From an uncultured Gemmatimonadota bacterium (GTDB lineage: Bacteria > SM23-81 > DAOVCL01), in the NCBI GenBank assembly GCA_964626665.1, contig CAZVGK010000003.1:110535-174534 (forward strand): 64,000 bases of DNA, given 5' to 3'. Shown in pieces: positions 40,801 through 50,082 of the stretch. Made by a program: the position numbers and the translations under genes. Under the pieces are notes generated by a model. The model worked only from the letters and a program-made list of their open reading frames with translations, was not told the DNA's origin and ran no database searches. Position 1 is the stretch's first letter, and every line of letters begins with the position of its first letter.

Positions 40801-40945
40801 CAGTGCCGATCAAAAAGCCAACTTCTACACCACCTACTGGAATGGAAAGGATGCAGAGGGCAAAGAAATCTCCAGCGGAATCTACTTCTACACCTTGAAA
40901 GCTGGCAACTTTACCCAGACCAGAAAGATGGTCATCCTCAAGTAG
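37871..40945 (+). CDS. Secreted multidomain protein: two GEVED domains, papain/C39-like domain, T9SS/FlgD-like tail
   Basis: Signal peptide; WIDFNGDG..GEVEDY twice; YCGPTAVAN..GGHYVTV..SDP; AQNYPNPFN. Confidence 0.85.
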   Translation: MNKSKFVWLLALAGVIFSLVMATSTALADWYPGDPYKMHFPQLPDEAGWDVNATQPVVLADDWGCIESGWVKDIHFWGSWMEGFTGEITSFVLSIHDNVPGPPSTPGQTLWEWEVPFDSVIAVPFTSPEWEGWYDPPSGMWAPSDHNTYYQYNVFLPEAEWFWQEEGTIYWLNISAIVADQPGGQWGWKSSIQHFEDDACWAFWGELNWIDIWEPPDFIQSLDLAFVITGGVELDYGDCPDPTYPTLLASDGARHIIAPGVFLGASIDPETDGQPSADALGDDNNPPIGPDDEDGVVFTSLVIQGQPATVKVTASVAGSLDAWIDFNGDGNWADAGEQIFNTTPLVAGVNNLNFTVPTVAQVGTTYSRFRFSTAGGLSYTGQASDGEVEDYTVDIEEKPEPGIGWWFKSCYPDYAPSGMPDFDQKQDSWDYPTGSGNWTYCGPTAVANCFWWVDSRFEAFFGPGGGIPGDGADTFPLVRDYNEPPPVDPTQPLPNTDDHGFENVDDLQTPPPPIAGPPPPLPPFPGLPVTGAELVERLAWYMNTDGMQTGFDHQGTYQIDMGMGIDQWIYEQELDTLLYEHTEEMPTFAWIDTQVHKSQDVILLLGFWWFDGETWWRHGGHYVTVAGVNSQQWMLAFSDPFLDLAEAGFAGCIHNSAYKPHNHGIYGPQTHNDAGNASHDWHLIMSDSPSPGGVIWIPEYPFTYMDLIYYFMNKNYRDPGDMQFFQEWNQMEPIHTEIECAVVVSPWPDWHDAPAPYDSAHHSNWTEEWLGESVSADMAPRLVDRDTYDDGVQFFDYKQGQAGSLKVTISVRDRDGSTCPGHGPRYDPYHLLYLHGWIDWNGDGIWDNLNENIFCGLTFDPSTWTSNSFIYTSIFDVPGDAAIGTTWARFRLDYNQNRNEPAGQAFCGEVEDYHNEVIVVSVPGERGDLRVPQTFELAQNYPNPFNLETAIRYQIPENCYVTLEIYNLLGQKVRTLVSADQKANFYTTYWNGKDAEGKEISSGIYFYTLKAGNFTQTRKMVILK

Positions 40946-40960
40946 TAGTAGAGGTCTACC

Positions 40961-40997
40961 AAAAGAGGGAGAGGATACTATCCTCTCCCTCTTTTCT
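40961..40997 (+). terminator. Intrinsic terminator
   Basis: AAAAGAGGGAGAGGATA-C-TATCCTCTCCCTCTTTT perfect palindrome just after the stop. Confidence 0.8.
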
Positions 40998-41157
40998 TTA
41001 GGGAAAGGTGATTTCATCGAGCCGTCAGATGCCCTCATCTGACGGCAAGAAGCGAGGTGACAGAAGCGGGGTCCTGCCACATCGCTTTGGGAAGCTTATT
41101 TATCCTCAGAAGCTTTGGGAGGACAAACCAGATTCACCAAAAATAGAGGTGATAAAA

Positions 41158-44100
41158 ATGGAAAGATACCACAAACTATCCATAGGATTCTTAGTGTTGA
41201 TAATTTTAGCCCTTCTAGTACCTAGCCTAAAAGCAGAGAACTTGACCATAACGCTCAATGCCGGTGAGTATGAGATTATCAATGTGGATAAAGGCCAGCA
41301 GATTATAACGATGGAGGGATTTGGCAATCTGCTCGTCCCCGGTAAGCCTAAGTTGCCAATGAAAGTCTTTACCATTACTTTGCCTCCAGGGGCTGAGGTC
41401 TCCTCGGTTGAGTTCTTTGGAGGCCAGTCCAGGGAACTGACGGGAACCTATAGGATCAAGCCAGTTCCACCGATGCTCCCAATGGACCATATCCAGGGCT
41501 TAACACAGAAGTGTTTAAACGAATACCGCAAGAACTATGAGGAGACCTATGAATCTGATGCGGCGTATCCTTCCCGTGGGGGAGAATACATCGGCTTTGG
41601 GGCTTTAAGGAGATATCCCTTGGTGAGAGTTGCCTTTTATCCTTTCTCCTATTCACCCAAATCGGGAAGGCTTACCTACCGGAGCTCGTTGGCTGTTTCC
41701 GTAAACTATTCCCTTCCACTAAAGGGCAGTCAGCAGGAGAAGGAGGCCAAAAGGTTAGCCTCTGATACCCTGGCTGAAAGGTTGGCCTCCAGGCTATTTG
41801 TTAATTACCCTCAGACAAAAGAGTGGTACTATCTCCCTTCTTCCCAGCAAGGTTTTAAGAGCACCTACGATTATGTGATCATCACCACCGAGGCTTTGGA
41901 GAGCTCGGTCGATACCTTAGTGGCCTGGAAAGGGGGAATAGGATATGGAGTAAAAGTCGTTACTACTTCCTGGATATCAACCTACTATACCGAAGGCGAC
42001 TTGGCCGAGAGGATAAAAAATTTCCTCATCGACCAGTATCCTCAGTCCCAGTGGGGGATAAAGTATGTGCTGTTTGTGGGAGATGTCACGGAGGTGCCGA
42101 TGCGGCAATGTTTCCCCTATCCCTCTGAGCATGATTCCGCTGGCTGGTATTCCCCCTGGACTGACTATTACTACGCCGATCTCACCGGAGACTGGGACTC
42201 TGACGGCGACGGCTACTATGGCGAAGTCGGAGAGGACAACTTTGACCTGATCCCGGAGATAACACCGGGGAGAATCCCCTGGGGAAATCCAGCGACAGTG
42301 CAGGAAATCTGCGAAAAGCTGGTGAAGTTTGAATCAGACGGCGGGGGTTGGAAAGATGACGCCCTGCTCTTGGCGGCCATAACCTGGTACGGAAACGAAA
42401 ACGGAGGTGGCAACCCTAAGACCGATGGCGCCTGTCTGATGGAGGAGATGATATCAGACATCCTTCCTCCAACCTCCAGCTACATTCGCCTTTACGAGGA
42501 TGCAGGACTGGATCCTTCATCCCATCCTCATGAGGACTCCCTCTGCACCTCAAATGTAGTCTCCTATTTCAACTCCGGTCACTATGGGATATGTAACTGG
42601 TCCGGCCATGGCAACTGGTATGGCTCCTATCGGAGGGTTTGGAGCTGGGACGATGGCGATGGGGTGCCGGAATCATCCGGCGACAGCGCGGAGTTCCACA
42701 GCACTCCCTTCATCTCCACTGATCAAGTTCCCCTGCTGGATGATAACTACCCATCTATCATCTTCGGCTCTTCCTGCTCGAACGGGGTGCCTGAGGAGGA
42801 CAACATCGGCAAGGAGTTGCTGAAAAACGGCTCTGTGGGAATCACGGTAGCCACCAGAGTTGCCTTTGGGGCTGGGGGCTGGGATGATGAAACCGACGGA
42901 GGTTGTAACTCCCTGGACTACTGGTTCTATCACTATCTGATCAACAACTCGGAAAAGGTGGGGGATGCCTTGATGAGTGCTAAACTTCACTACCTTGATT
43001 ATTTTGGGAATACTGACCTCCAGAATGTCTATGAGTTCACCCTGTATGGGGAGCCCGGTTTGTGCAGAAAGGCAGATGGGCTCTATTCTCTTTCTCAAAC
43101 AATAGATGATGACAACATCGGCCAAAGTGATGGGGATGGAGACGGAGAGCTGGATGCCGGGGAGACAATAGAGATGGGGATGGTCTTGGAGAATATGAGT
43201 AGTCAGAGTCTAACCCAGATATCGGCTACTCTTTCCAGCCAGGATACGCTAATAAGTTTTCTGACTGATAGTGTTAATTTCCCAGATGCCTCCCCCTGGT
43301 CAAGAGTAACCGGATCTGAGCCCTTTGTCCTTTCCCTGTCCGGCGGTTGCCCTTCTAATCATAGAGTGGGTTTAGAATTAGATGTTACTGCCAGTGGAGG
43401 TTTTTCACGCCACCAGACCATAGAGCTGGAGACAAAGGCCCCTGAATTGGTCTACGATTCCTATACGATCAGCGATACCGCTTCAGGGGATGGAGACGAA
43501 AATGCCGATCCAGGGGAGACAGTGCAGCTTTACACCAAGCTCTTAAACCGAGGGACAGGAGATCTGGCTTCCTTCTGGGCGAAGCTTTCCAGCAGTGATC
43601 CCTGGGTGCGTATCTTAGCAGATAGCACAGGCTACCAAACGGCTCTTCCTGGCAGCACGGTTTCCTCTTCCCTTCCTTTTGAGTTCTCTGTAGCCCAAGC
43701 CTGTTCAATCGATCCATATATAGTATGCTTCGATTTGCAGATAGAAGGTGAAAGGGGATATAAGAGGACCGCCAGTTTTAATACCTCGGTTGGCGACAGC
43801 GTAGGCTATTTAGACCATATGGAACATTGGTGGAGGCAGGATTGGATGCACTACTCAATCACCTCAGGTTACAAAGATGAATGGCATTTGAGCACCCAGA
43901 GAAACCATACTTCTGGAGGGAACCGCAGTTGGAAATGCGGCCAAGCATCCGGCGGCTATTCCGACCTTGATGATGCGGGGCTTGTATCTCCAGAGGTGAG
44001 GCTTGGTCAGGGGGCAAAGCTATACTTTTGGCACTGGATTAGTGCCGAAAATGAGGGGGCTACTGAGGCCTGGGACGGAGGTATTGTAGAGATAGACAGT

Positions 44101-44676
44101 GGAAACGGTTGGCAGCAGATAACCCCAATTGGCGGCTATCCCTATACGATCATAGACAATCCGGCAAGCCCATTTGCCCCTGGCACCCCCTGCTTCTCCG
44201 GTCAATATGACTGGTCCAAAGCCGAATTCGATCTCTCAGGCTACTCGGGAACGATAAGGTTTCGTTTTAGGTTCGGATCAGACGGCTATGTCACCCGCTC
44301 AGGCTGGTTCATTGACGATTTTGAAGTTACCCCCTGGACAGGAGTAAAGGTTGAAGAAACTCCTTCCAGCGAAAAACTTCCCCAGGAGTTTTCCCTCTCC
44401 CAGAACTACCCTAATCCTTTTAACTCTACTACCCTCATCCGCTATGCCCTTCCGGCTGTCAGCGGTGCCGTTCCGAGCACAGGTCAGCAGTCAGCAGTCA
44501 GGCTGGAGATATTCAACATCCTGGGACAGAAGGTAGCCACTTTAGTGGATGAGAAGCAAACTCTTGGATATAAGGCAGTAACCTGGACTGCCCAAAATCT
44601 GGCTTCGGGTATCTACTTTTACCAGCTGAGGGCAGGTGAGTTTACGGCCATCAGGAAAATGGTGTTGCTCAGGTAA
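41158..44676 (+). CDS. C25 (gingipain-like) cysteine peptidase with propeptide, Ig-like and M6/MAM-like domains, T9SS/FlgD-like tail
   Basis: PGKPKLP propeptide, YVLFVGD, DYYYADL, GRIP, SGHG, SSCSNG, LYGEP; WDGGIVE..GWFIDD. Confidence 0.9.
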   Translation: MERYHKLSIGFLVLIILALLVPSLKAENLTITLNAGEYEIINVDKGQQIITMEGFGNLLVPGKPKLPMKVFTITLPPGAEVSSVEFFGGQSRELTGTYRIKPVPPMLPMDHIQGLTQKCLNEYRKNYEETYESDAAYPSRGGEYIGFGALRRYPLVRVAFYPFSYSPKSGRLTYRSSLAVSVNYSLPLKGSQQEKEAKRLASDTLAERLASRLFVNYPQTKEWYYLPSSQQGFKSTYDYVIITTEALESSVDTLVAWKGGIGYGVKVVTTSWISTYYTEGDLAERIKNFLIDQYPQSQWGIKYVLFVGDVTEVPMRQCFPYPSEHDSAGWYSPWTDYYYADLTGDWDSDGDGYYGEVGEDNFDLIPEITPGRIPWGNPATVQEICEKLVKFESDGGGWKDDALLLAAITWYGNENGGGNPKTDGACLMEEMISDILPPTSSYIRLYEDAGLDPSSHPHEDSLCTSNVVSYFNSGHYGICNWSGHGNWYGSYRRVWSWDDGDGVPESSGDSAEFHSTPFISTDQVPLLDDNYPSIIFGSSCSNGVPEEDNIGKELLKNGSVGITVATRVAFGAGGWDDETDGGCNSLDYWFYHYLINNSEKVGDALMSAKLHYLDYFGNTDLQNVYEFTLYGEPGLCRKADGLYSLSQTIDDDNIGQSDGDGDGELDAGETIEMGMVLENMSSQSLTQISATLSSQDTLISFLTDSVNFPDASPWSRVTGSEPFVLSLSGGCPSNHRVGLELDVTASGGFSRHQTIELETKAPELVYDSYTISDTASGDGDENADPGETVQLYTKLLNRGTGDLASFWAKLSSSDPWVRILADSTGYQTALPGSTVSSSLPFEFSVAQACSIDPYIVCFDLQIEGERGYKRTASFNTSVGDSVGYLDHMEHWWRQDWMHYSITSGYKDEWHLSTQRNHTSGGNRSWKCGQASGGYSDLDDAGLVSPEVRLGQGAKLYFWHWISAENEGATEAWDGGIVEIDSGNGWQQITPIGGYPYTIIDNPASPFAPGTPCFSGQYDWSKAEFDLSGYSGTIRFRFRFGSDGYVTRSGWFIDDFEVTPWTGVKVEETPSSEKLPQEFSLSQNYPNPFNSTTLIRYALPAVSGAVPSTGQQSAVRLEIFNILGQKVATLVDEKQTLGYKAVTWTAQNLASGIYFYQLRAGEFTAIRKMVLLR

Positions 44677-44797
44677 CAATTGTAAGGGAAAATATGGGGG
44701 AGCCAAAGAAAGCTCGAACATCCCCCCACAGACTGGGAGGATAGCAAGAACTAAATTCTCGTGCTCCAGTGCGGAAAAATTAAAAATGGGGGTAAAA

Positions 44798-46891
44798 ATG
44801 AAAAGATCAGAGTTTGTATTCTTGAACTTAGTCTTGGTGATCGTTGGGGTAAGTATATGCCTTGCGGAGACATCAAAAATGATCAAAAGAGTCGCCCCTT
44901 TGATAAACACTACATTTGTTGACAGATACAATCAACAACATCACTTAGTCATACCAGAGAAGGGCGAGGGTATGATAGATACCTTGAGATGGTATGTGGG
45001 GCAACCCTTGGACATGCTTGACTATGTCACCACTTTGGACACTATTGTTGTCTGGTTTTATCCATTGGCCACTTGTTCCCTGTTGGAAATATGGGCTAAT
45101 TTTGCCGATGAGGCTGAGCTGGGTTGGCTGAGGGTCTCTATTGCGCAACGGAATGAGGCTGATACCTGTTGTCTCTCATTCAACGAAAATCTCCTTTTTG
45201 AGTCTATTGCCTGGACAGGCATAGACGGGGGGAATCAATGGTATAAGATGGATTTTACCCATATGTGGCCACCAGAGTATTTCCAACTGGAGTTGCCGGG
45301 TGATACCGCCTTCTATGTTATAATGCAAGCAGCGTGGGAAGGCTATCCTCATATCAACTGGGATGACTGCGATGGGTGGACCCGAACGGAAGGACCACCA
45401 CACTTTCGTTTCACTTATGAGCATACTACCAACGAAAGCCCCAATTGTGAAGGGGTGTGGTGCAGTAGTTGGTATTATGTCTATTATACTACTGACCCAC
45501 CGGTATTTCCGGAACTTTTAGTGAAGGCAGTGGTTAAATATCCAAAAGCTCCTGTTGAGGTGGAGATGACTCATCTTCCAGATACTTATTCCACCAAAGG
45601 GCCATTCCAGGTAACCGCATCAATCTGGGACCCTGGTGATGTAGTGGAAACAGTTTTTTTAAATTTTCACCTCAGAGGAACCCAAGTTATCTTAACTACG
45701 GAAATGCAGTTGCAGGAGGACTATACATATGTGGGTCAGCTCAAAGGGGAATATGCGGCCGGAGATACAATAGAATACTGGATTACCTGCCATAAACACG
45801 GATCAAGTGAGAGTCGCTTCTTCATCATCCGTGAATGCAACCCTGAAGCTGAGATTCTTGTGGTCAACGACAACGGGGGAAATAGAGGAAAATACTATCA
45901 GGCGATATTGGATAGTTTAGGCTATAGTTATAACTACTGGGATGTAGCCGAATATGGTGGGATCAACAGGGACATCTTAAATTACGGAAATTGGAGGACA
46001 GTAATTCTCTTCGGTTGTGGTTGTGGTACTACCCCTGGCAAGACCTACACGGGAGATATGTGGGCTGATTTCTTAGCCCAAGGTGGAAATATATTCTATT
46101 CCGACCAGAACTACTTCTGTGCCCATAGTGATTCGTTGGATTATCCGGGAGGTTGCCAATTTGAAGGAGACTTAGTTGAAGGAGAATTCTTGTATGATTA
46201 TTTTGGGGTTAGCTGGGCGAAGAGCAATCCTGAATATCAAGACACCCTATTCAGGGGGCTTGATACAGTCGTTGTTGGAGAGGAGAATGTGGGTGAAAGT
46301 CTCGGTTTGCATACCAGCCATTTAGGAATAGACTCTTGGCCTGACTACACCCAGGCGAGAAACGGGGCATTTAATCTATTTGAAACCATTGTAGGGAACA
46401 CAACCTGTGGCACAAGATATGAAGGCACAGTGTCGGGGGTAACATTCAAAACGGTCTTTATCCCCTTCCCTTTTGAAGCCCTGTGTGATTACGATGATTA
46501 TGAAGATAGAATTATAGTAACCCCTGCAGCTTATACGATTATGCAAAATATAATTGCTTGGTTCGAATCTTCGGTTGGTACTGAAGAAAGAAACTACGGA
46601 GAAAAGTCTCTGCCAACTCTCTTTGCTCTATTTCAGAACTACCCCAATCCGTTTAATGCCACCACCCTCATCCGCTACCAGTTGTCCGCCGTCGGCGGTC
46701 CGCGGATGGCGGTCACCTTAGAGATCTACAACATCCTGGGGCAGAAGGTGGTTACTTTGGTGGATGGAAAACAGACCCCTGGATATAAGGCGGTTACCTG
46801 GAATCCTCAAGATCTGGCTTCCGGGATCTACTTCTATCGGTTAAAAGCTGGTGACTTTACCGCCATCAAGAAGATGGTGCTGTTGAAGTAG
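44798..46891 (+). CDS. Secreted protein with T9SS/FlgD-like tail
   Basis: Signal peptide; ILVVND...Y..WD domain; QNYPNPFN..ASGIYFYRL. Confidence 0.8.
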   Translation: MKRSEFVFLNLVLVIVGVSICLAETSKMIKRVAPLINTTFVDRYNQQHHLVIPEKGEGMIDTLRWYVGQPLDMLDYVTTLDTIVVWFYPLATCSLLEIWANFADEAELGWLRVSIAQRNEADTCCLSFNENLLFESIAWTGIDGGNQWYKMDFTHMWPPEYFQLELPGDTAFYVIMQAAWEGYPHINWDDCDGWTRTEGPPHFRFTYEHTTNESPNCEGVWCSSWYYVYYTTDPPVFPELLVKAVVKYPKAPVEVEMTHLPDTYSTKGPFQVTASIWDPGDVVETVFLNFHLRGTQVILTTEMQLQEDYTYVGQLKGEYAAGDTIEYWITCHKHGSSESRFFIIRECNPEAEILVVNDNGGNRGKYYQAILDSLGYSYNYWDVAEYGGINRDILNYGNWRTVILFGCGCGTTPGKTYTGDMWADFLAQGGNIFYSDQNYFCAHSDSLDYPGGCQFEGDLVEGEFLYDYFGVSWAKSNPEYQDTLFRGLDTVVVGEENVGESLGLHTSHLGIDSWPDYTQARNGAFNLFETIVGNTTCGTRYEGTVSGVTFKTVFIPFPFEALCDYDDYEDRIIVTPAAYTIMQNIIAWFESSVGTEERNYGEKSLPTLFALFQNYPNPFNATTLIRYQLSAVGGPRMAVTLEIYNILGQKVVTLVDGKQTPGYKAVTWNPQDLASGIYFYRLKAGDFTAIKKMVLLK

Positions 46892-46913
46892 AGCCTAAAA
46901 ACCTACAAAAAAA

Positions 46914-47125
46914 GTAGGGACAGACCTAAAGGTCTGTCCCTACTTCAGAGGTGGAAAGTGTGATATTCCGGAGAGGTGGCAGAACCCCTGTTCTGCCACC
47001 TCGGTTTGAAAATAGCTCACCACGGATAAACACGGAGTAACAAAGAAAATCAGGGATAGCCTACATAAACCCCATTTTTAATTCTCAATTTATAATTGCC
47101 TTTCCCCGTGAGATTCCGTGGTGAG
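46914..47125. repeat. GTAG REP-like hairpin, GTGGCAGAA palindrome and empty CCACGG bracket between convergent genes
   Basis: GTAGGGACAGACCTAAAGGTCTGTCCCTAC and neighbours. Confidence 0.85.
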
Positions 47126-47128
47126 CTC

Positions 47129-47569
47129 TCAACTGCTCTCATATTCCTCAATCTTCCCTAGCCTCCTCTGATGTCTTCCTCCCTCAAATGGGGTTCTGAG
47201 CCAGACATCTACGATCTTCAAGGAGATATCAAAGGGTTGGTTTTCCGCCCCCAAGGCAAGGAGGTTGGAGTTGTTATGGGCGCGGCTCAGCTCGGCCATC
47301 CTCTCGCTGGTACAGAGAGCTGCCCTTATTCCCTTCACCTTATTGGTCACAATGGACATCCCTATCCCTGTCCCACAGATGGCAATGCCCCTCTCAACCT
47401 CACCTTGTGCCAGGGCCAGAGCCACTGGAAAGCCGAAGTCTGGGTAGTCCACGGATTCCTCTGAATGGGTCCCCTTGTCAACTACTTCGTGCCCCAATTT
47501 GAAGAGGTGTGATTTTATCTCTTCCTTGAGGCTAAACCCCCTATGGTCCGAACCTATAGCTATCTTCAT
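47129..47569 (-). CDS. rpiB: Ribose-5-phosphate isomerase B
   Basis: GSDHRG, DYPD, CGTGIG, RAHNNSN, FEGGRH. Confidence 0.96.
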   Translation of the reverse strand: MKIAIGSDHRGFSLKEEIKSHLFKLGHEVVDKGTHSEESVDYPDFGFPVALALAQGEVERGIAICGTGIGMSIVTNKVKGIRAALCTSERMAELSRAHNNSNLLALGAENQPFDISLKIVDVWLRTPFEGGRHQRRLGKIEEYESS

Positions 47570-48477
47570 CCCTCCTCCTCGCAGATGAGCGCCCCCAAGG
47601 CAATGGAATTGAGTTTTATCTTGGCTGTATCTGCCCGGGAGAGAAGGACTATAGGAACCCTTGCCCCCACCACAATCCCCCCCACCTTCACCTCTCCCAG
47701 GTAGATGAGAGCTTTAACTGATATGTTGCCGCTGGCGATATTGGGAACAAGGAAAATATCCGCTTCCCCAGCTATGGGGCTTTCCACTCCCTTTACTTCC
47801 GCCGCCTGGGAAGAGATGGCCAGGTCAAAGGCCACTGGCCCATCCGCAATTATCCTGCCCAACTGGCCCCGTTGGGCCATCTTGGCCAGGATGGCGGCAT
47901 CGACTGTCTCCTGCATCTCCGGATTTACGGTCTCCACGGCAGCCAACAAGGCCACTTTGGGGACTTCTATCCCCAACCTATTGGCCACCCAGGAGGCATT
48001 CTTGATTAACTCCACCTTCGTTGGTAAGTCAGGAGAGATATTCATCCCCCCATCGGTAATCAGCAGTAGCTTGGGATAGACCTCAGCCTCGAGCACGGCC
48101 ACATGGGAGAGAAGCTTCCCCTTCCGCAGGCCGTAGTCCTTATCCAAAACAGCCTTCAGCAGGGCCGATGTTCCCACCTTCCCCTTCATCAACATATCTG
48201 CTTTCCCTTCCCTCACCAACTCCACCGCCCTCTGGCAAGCCACCCCTGGATCATCCGCTTCCACAATCTCAGAGGAGGAAATATCCAGCCCCCGCCGGGA
48301 GGCCATCTCCTCTATTCCGGTTTTATTCCCGATGAGTATAGGCTCAATTACTCCCTCCCGATAGGCCTCGCTCACCGCAAGCAGGATCTCTTCCCCTTCT
48401 GCTACGGCCACGGCCAGCCTCTTCCTTCCCCTCCGTTTAACCTCTGAGAATATGCCCTCAAAGCTGGTAATCGGCAT
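47566..48477 (-). CDS. ptb: Phosphate butyryltransferase
   Basis: LMKG, LLSHV, TDGGMN, DGP..FDLAIS, LSRAD. Confidence 0.9.
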   Translation of the reverse strand: MPITSFEGIFSEVKRRGRKRLAVAVAEGEEILLAVSEAYREGVIEPILIGNKTGIEEMASRRGLDISSSEIVEADDPGVACQRAVELVREGKADMLMKGKVGTSALLKAVLDKDYGLRKGKLLSHVAVLEAEVYPKLLLITDGGMNISPDLPTKVELIKNASWVANRLGIEVPKVALLAAVETVNPEMQETVDAAILAKMAQRGQLGRIIADGPVAFDLAISSQAAEVKGVESPIAGEADIFLVPNIASGNISVKALIYLGEVKVGGIVVGARVPIVLLSRADTAKIKLNSIALGALICEEEG

Positions 48478-48478
48478 C

Positions 48479-49579
48479 CTAGCTCCCTTTCCGGATTATC
48501 TTCTCCAGCGACCTAATAAAGGCCTCATTCTCCTCCCTCTTTCCCACGGTGAGCCTAATCTTTGTAGGGAGGCCATATCCTCCCAGAGGTCTAACTATCA
48601 CCCCCTGTTTGAGGAACTCCTCAAAGGAGGATTGGGCATCCTGCCCCAGCTCTATCATTATGAAGTTTGTTTCCGAGGGGACATATGTCACCCCCATACG
48701 ATCCAGTTCCCGGTATAAAAACTTCTTTCCCTCGCGGGTAATTCTCCTTGTGCGGAAGCAGTGCCCCTCATCGGTAAGGCAAGCCAACGCCGCCTTTAGG
48801 GCCAAAAGGTTAACATTAAAGGGAAGCCTCACCTGATTGAGAAGCTCAACTATCTCCCTCTTGGCTACCCCATAGCCCAACCTGAGGCCGGCCAGGCCAT
48901 AGATCTTGGAGAATGTGCGCAGGATGACGACATTTAGCCCTTGATGCACCCATTTAAGGGAATGCGGATAGTCTTCCCTCTCCTGGAACTCATAGTAGGC
49001 CTCATCCAGAATAACAATTACCCCCTCAGGCATCTCTCTGATAAAGGGCTCCATTTCATCCTTGGTGACGATGGTCCCCACGGGATTTATGGGATTATCA
49101 ATGAAGAGTAGTTTTGTCTTCCTATCCACTGCCTGGGCCAGCGCCTGCAAATCGTGCTTCCAACCCTTGAGGGGAACCAGAACCTCCTTTCCACCCGCTG
49201 CCTGGGTGGTTATCCGATAGAGGGCAAAGGAGGGATCGGGGATCACAACCTTCTCCCCAGGGTTGAGGAAAGCCATATCTACGGCCTGGATTATCTCCAC
49301 CGATCCATTCCCCAAGATGACCTCTTCGGCGGAGACACCTAGCCTCTGGGAGATGGCCTCCCTTAATTGCGGGCCCCCATCCTCGGGGTAGAGATGGACA
49401 AAGGGGAGGGCCTCTCGCAGGGCACGGATGGCCAAAGGGGAGGGACCCAATGGGTTCTCGTTGGAGGCCAACTTGATTACCTCCTTTAGGCCCAACTCCC
49501 TCTTTACCTCATCGATGGGCTTCCCCGGGATATAGGGTTTAAGGGAAGCCACACCTCTTTTGGCTAAATCTTTTACCAT
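48479..49579 (-). CDS. hisC: Histidinol-phosphate/aromatic aminotransferase
   Basis: YIPGKP, KLASNENP, GNGS, DEAY, RTFSKIYGLAGLRLGY. Confidence 0.93.
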   Translation of the reverse strand: MVKDLAKRGVASLKPYIPGKPIDEVKRELGLKEVIKLASNENPLGPSPLAIRALREALPFVHLYPEDGGPQLREAISQRLGVSAEEVILGNGSVEIIQAVDMAFLNPGEKVVIPDPSFALYRITTQAAGGKEVLVPLKGWKHDLQALAQAVDRKTKLLFIDNPINPVGTIVTKDEMEPFIREMPEGVIVILDEAYYEFQEREDYPHSLKWVHQGLNVVILRTFSKIYGLAGLRLGYGVAKREIVELLNQVRLPFNVNLLALKAALACLTDEGHCFRTRRITREGKKFLYRELDRMGVTYVPSETNFIMIELGQDAQSSFEEFLKQGVIVRPLGGYGLPTKIRLTVGKREENEAFIRSLEKIIRKGS

Positions 49580-49714
49580 CTTTCAAGGCACCGGTTTACT
49601 GAGGACAGAGGTCAACAGTTGGAAAATAGTTACTACATAGGTCACTAAAAAGGAAATTTTTACGAAAACATGTCAGAATACCCCGTTTTGGGAACGGGGA
49701 TGAATGGCATCCTT

Positions 49715-50075
49715 ATAGTTCCCTCTTCCCTGGTGGGAGAGAGGGAGGGGGAAATCGGAGATAATTCTCACCCTCTCCTTAGTCCTCCCCCATCAAGGGG
49801 GAGGGGACTATTTTGGGATGTCCGAACTGGGGTAGGAAGATCACTTAATCCTGTTCATCCTGTTATCTTGTCGAAAAACAACTCAGTGCTCTTTGTGGAT
49901 GTTATCATCCACAAAGAGGCTCCCTCTGTCAGGGCAGAGCCCTGACAGCACAACGATAATTCTCACCCTCTCCTTAGTCCTCCCCCATCAAGGGGGAGGG
50001 GAGTGTTTTGGATGCCCCACCCTGTGGGCGTGGAGGTTCACTTTTACATTTTGCAATTTTCATTTTAAAATTCGA
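49715..50075. repeat. Composite repeat mosaic with duplicated CTCACCCTCTCCTTAGTCCTCCCCCATCAAGGGG hairpin
   Basis: Direct copies near 49760 and 49955; inverted copy of 871-939 at 49884-49950. Confidence 0.9.
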
Positions 50076-50082
50076 AGCTTCG

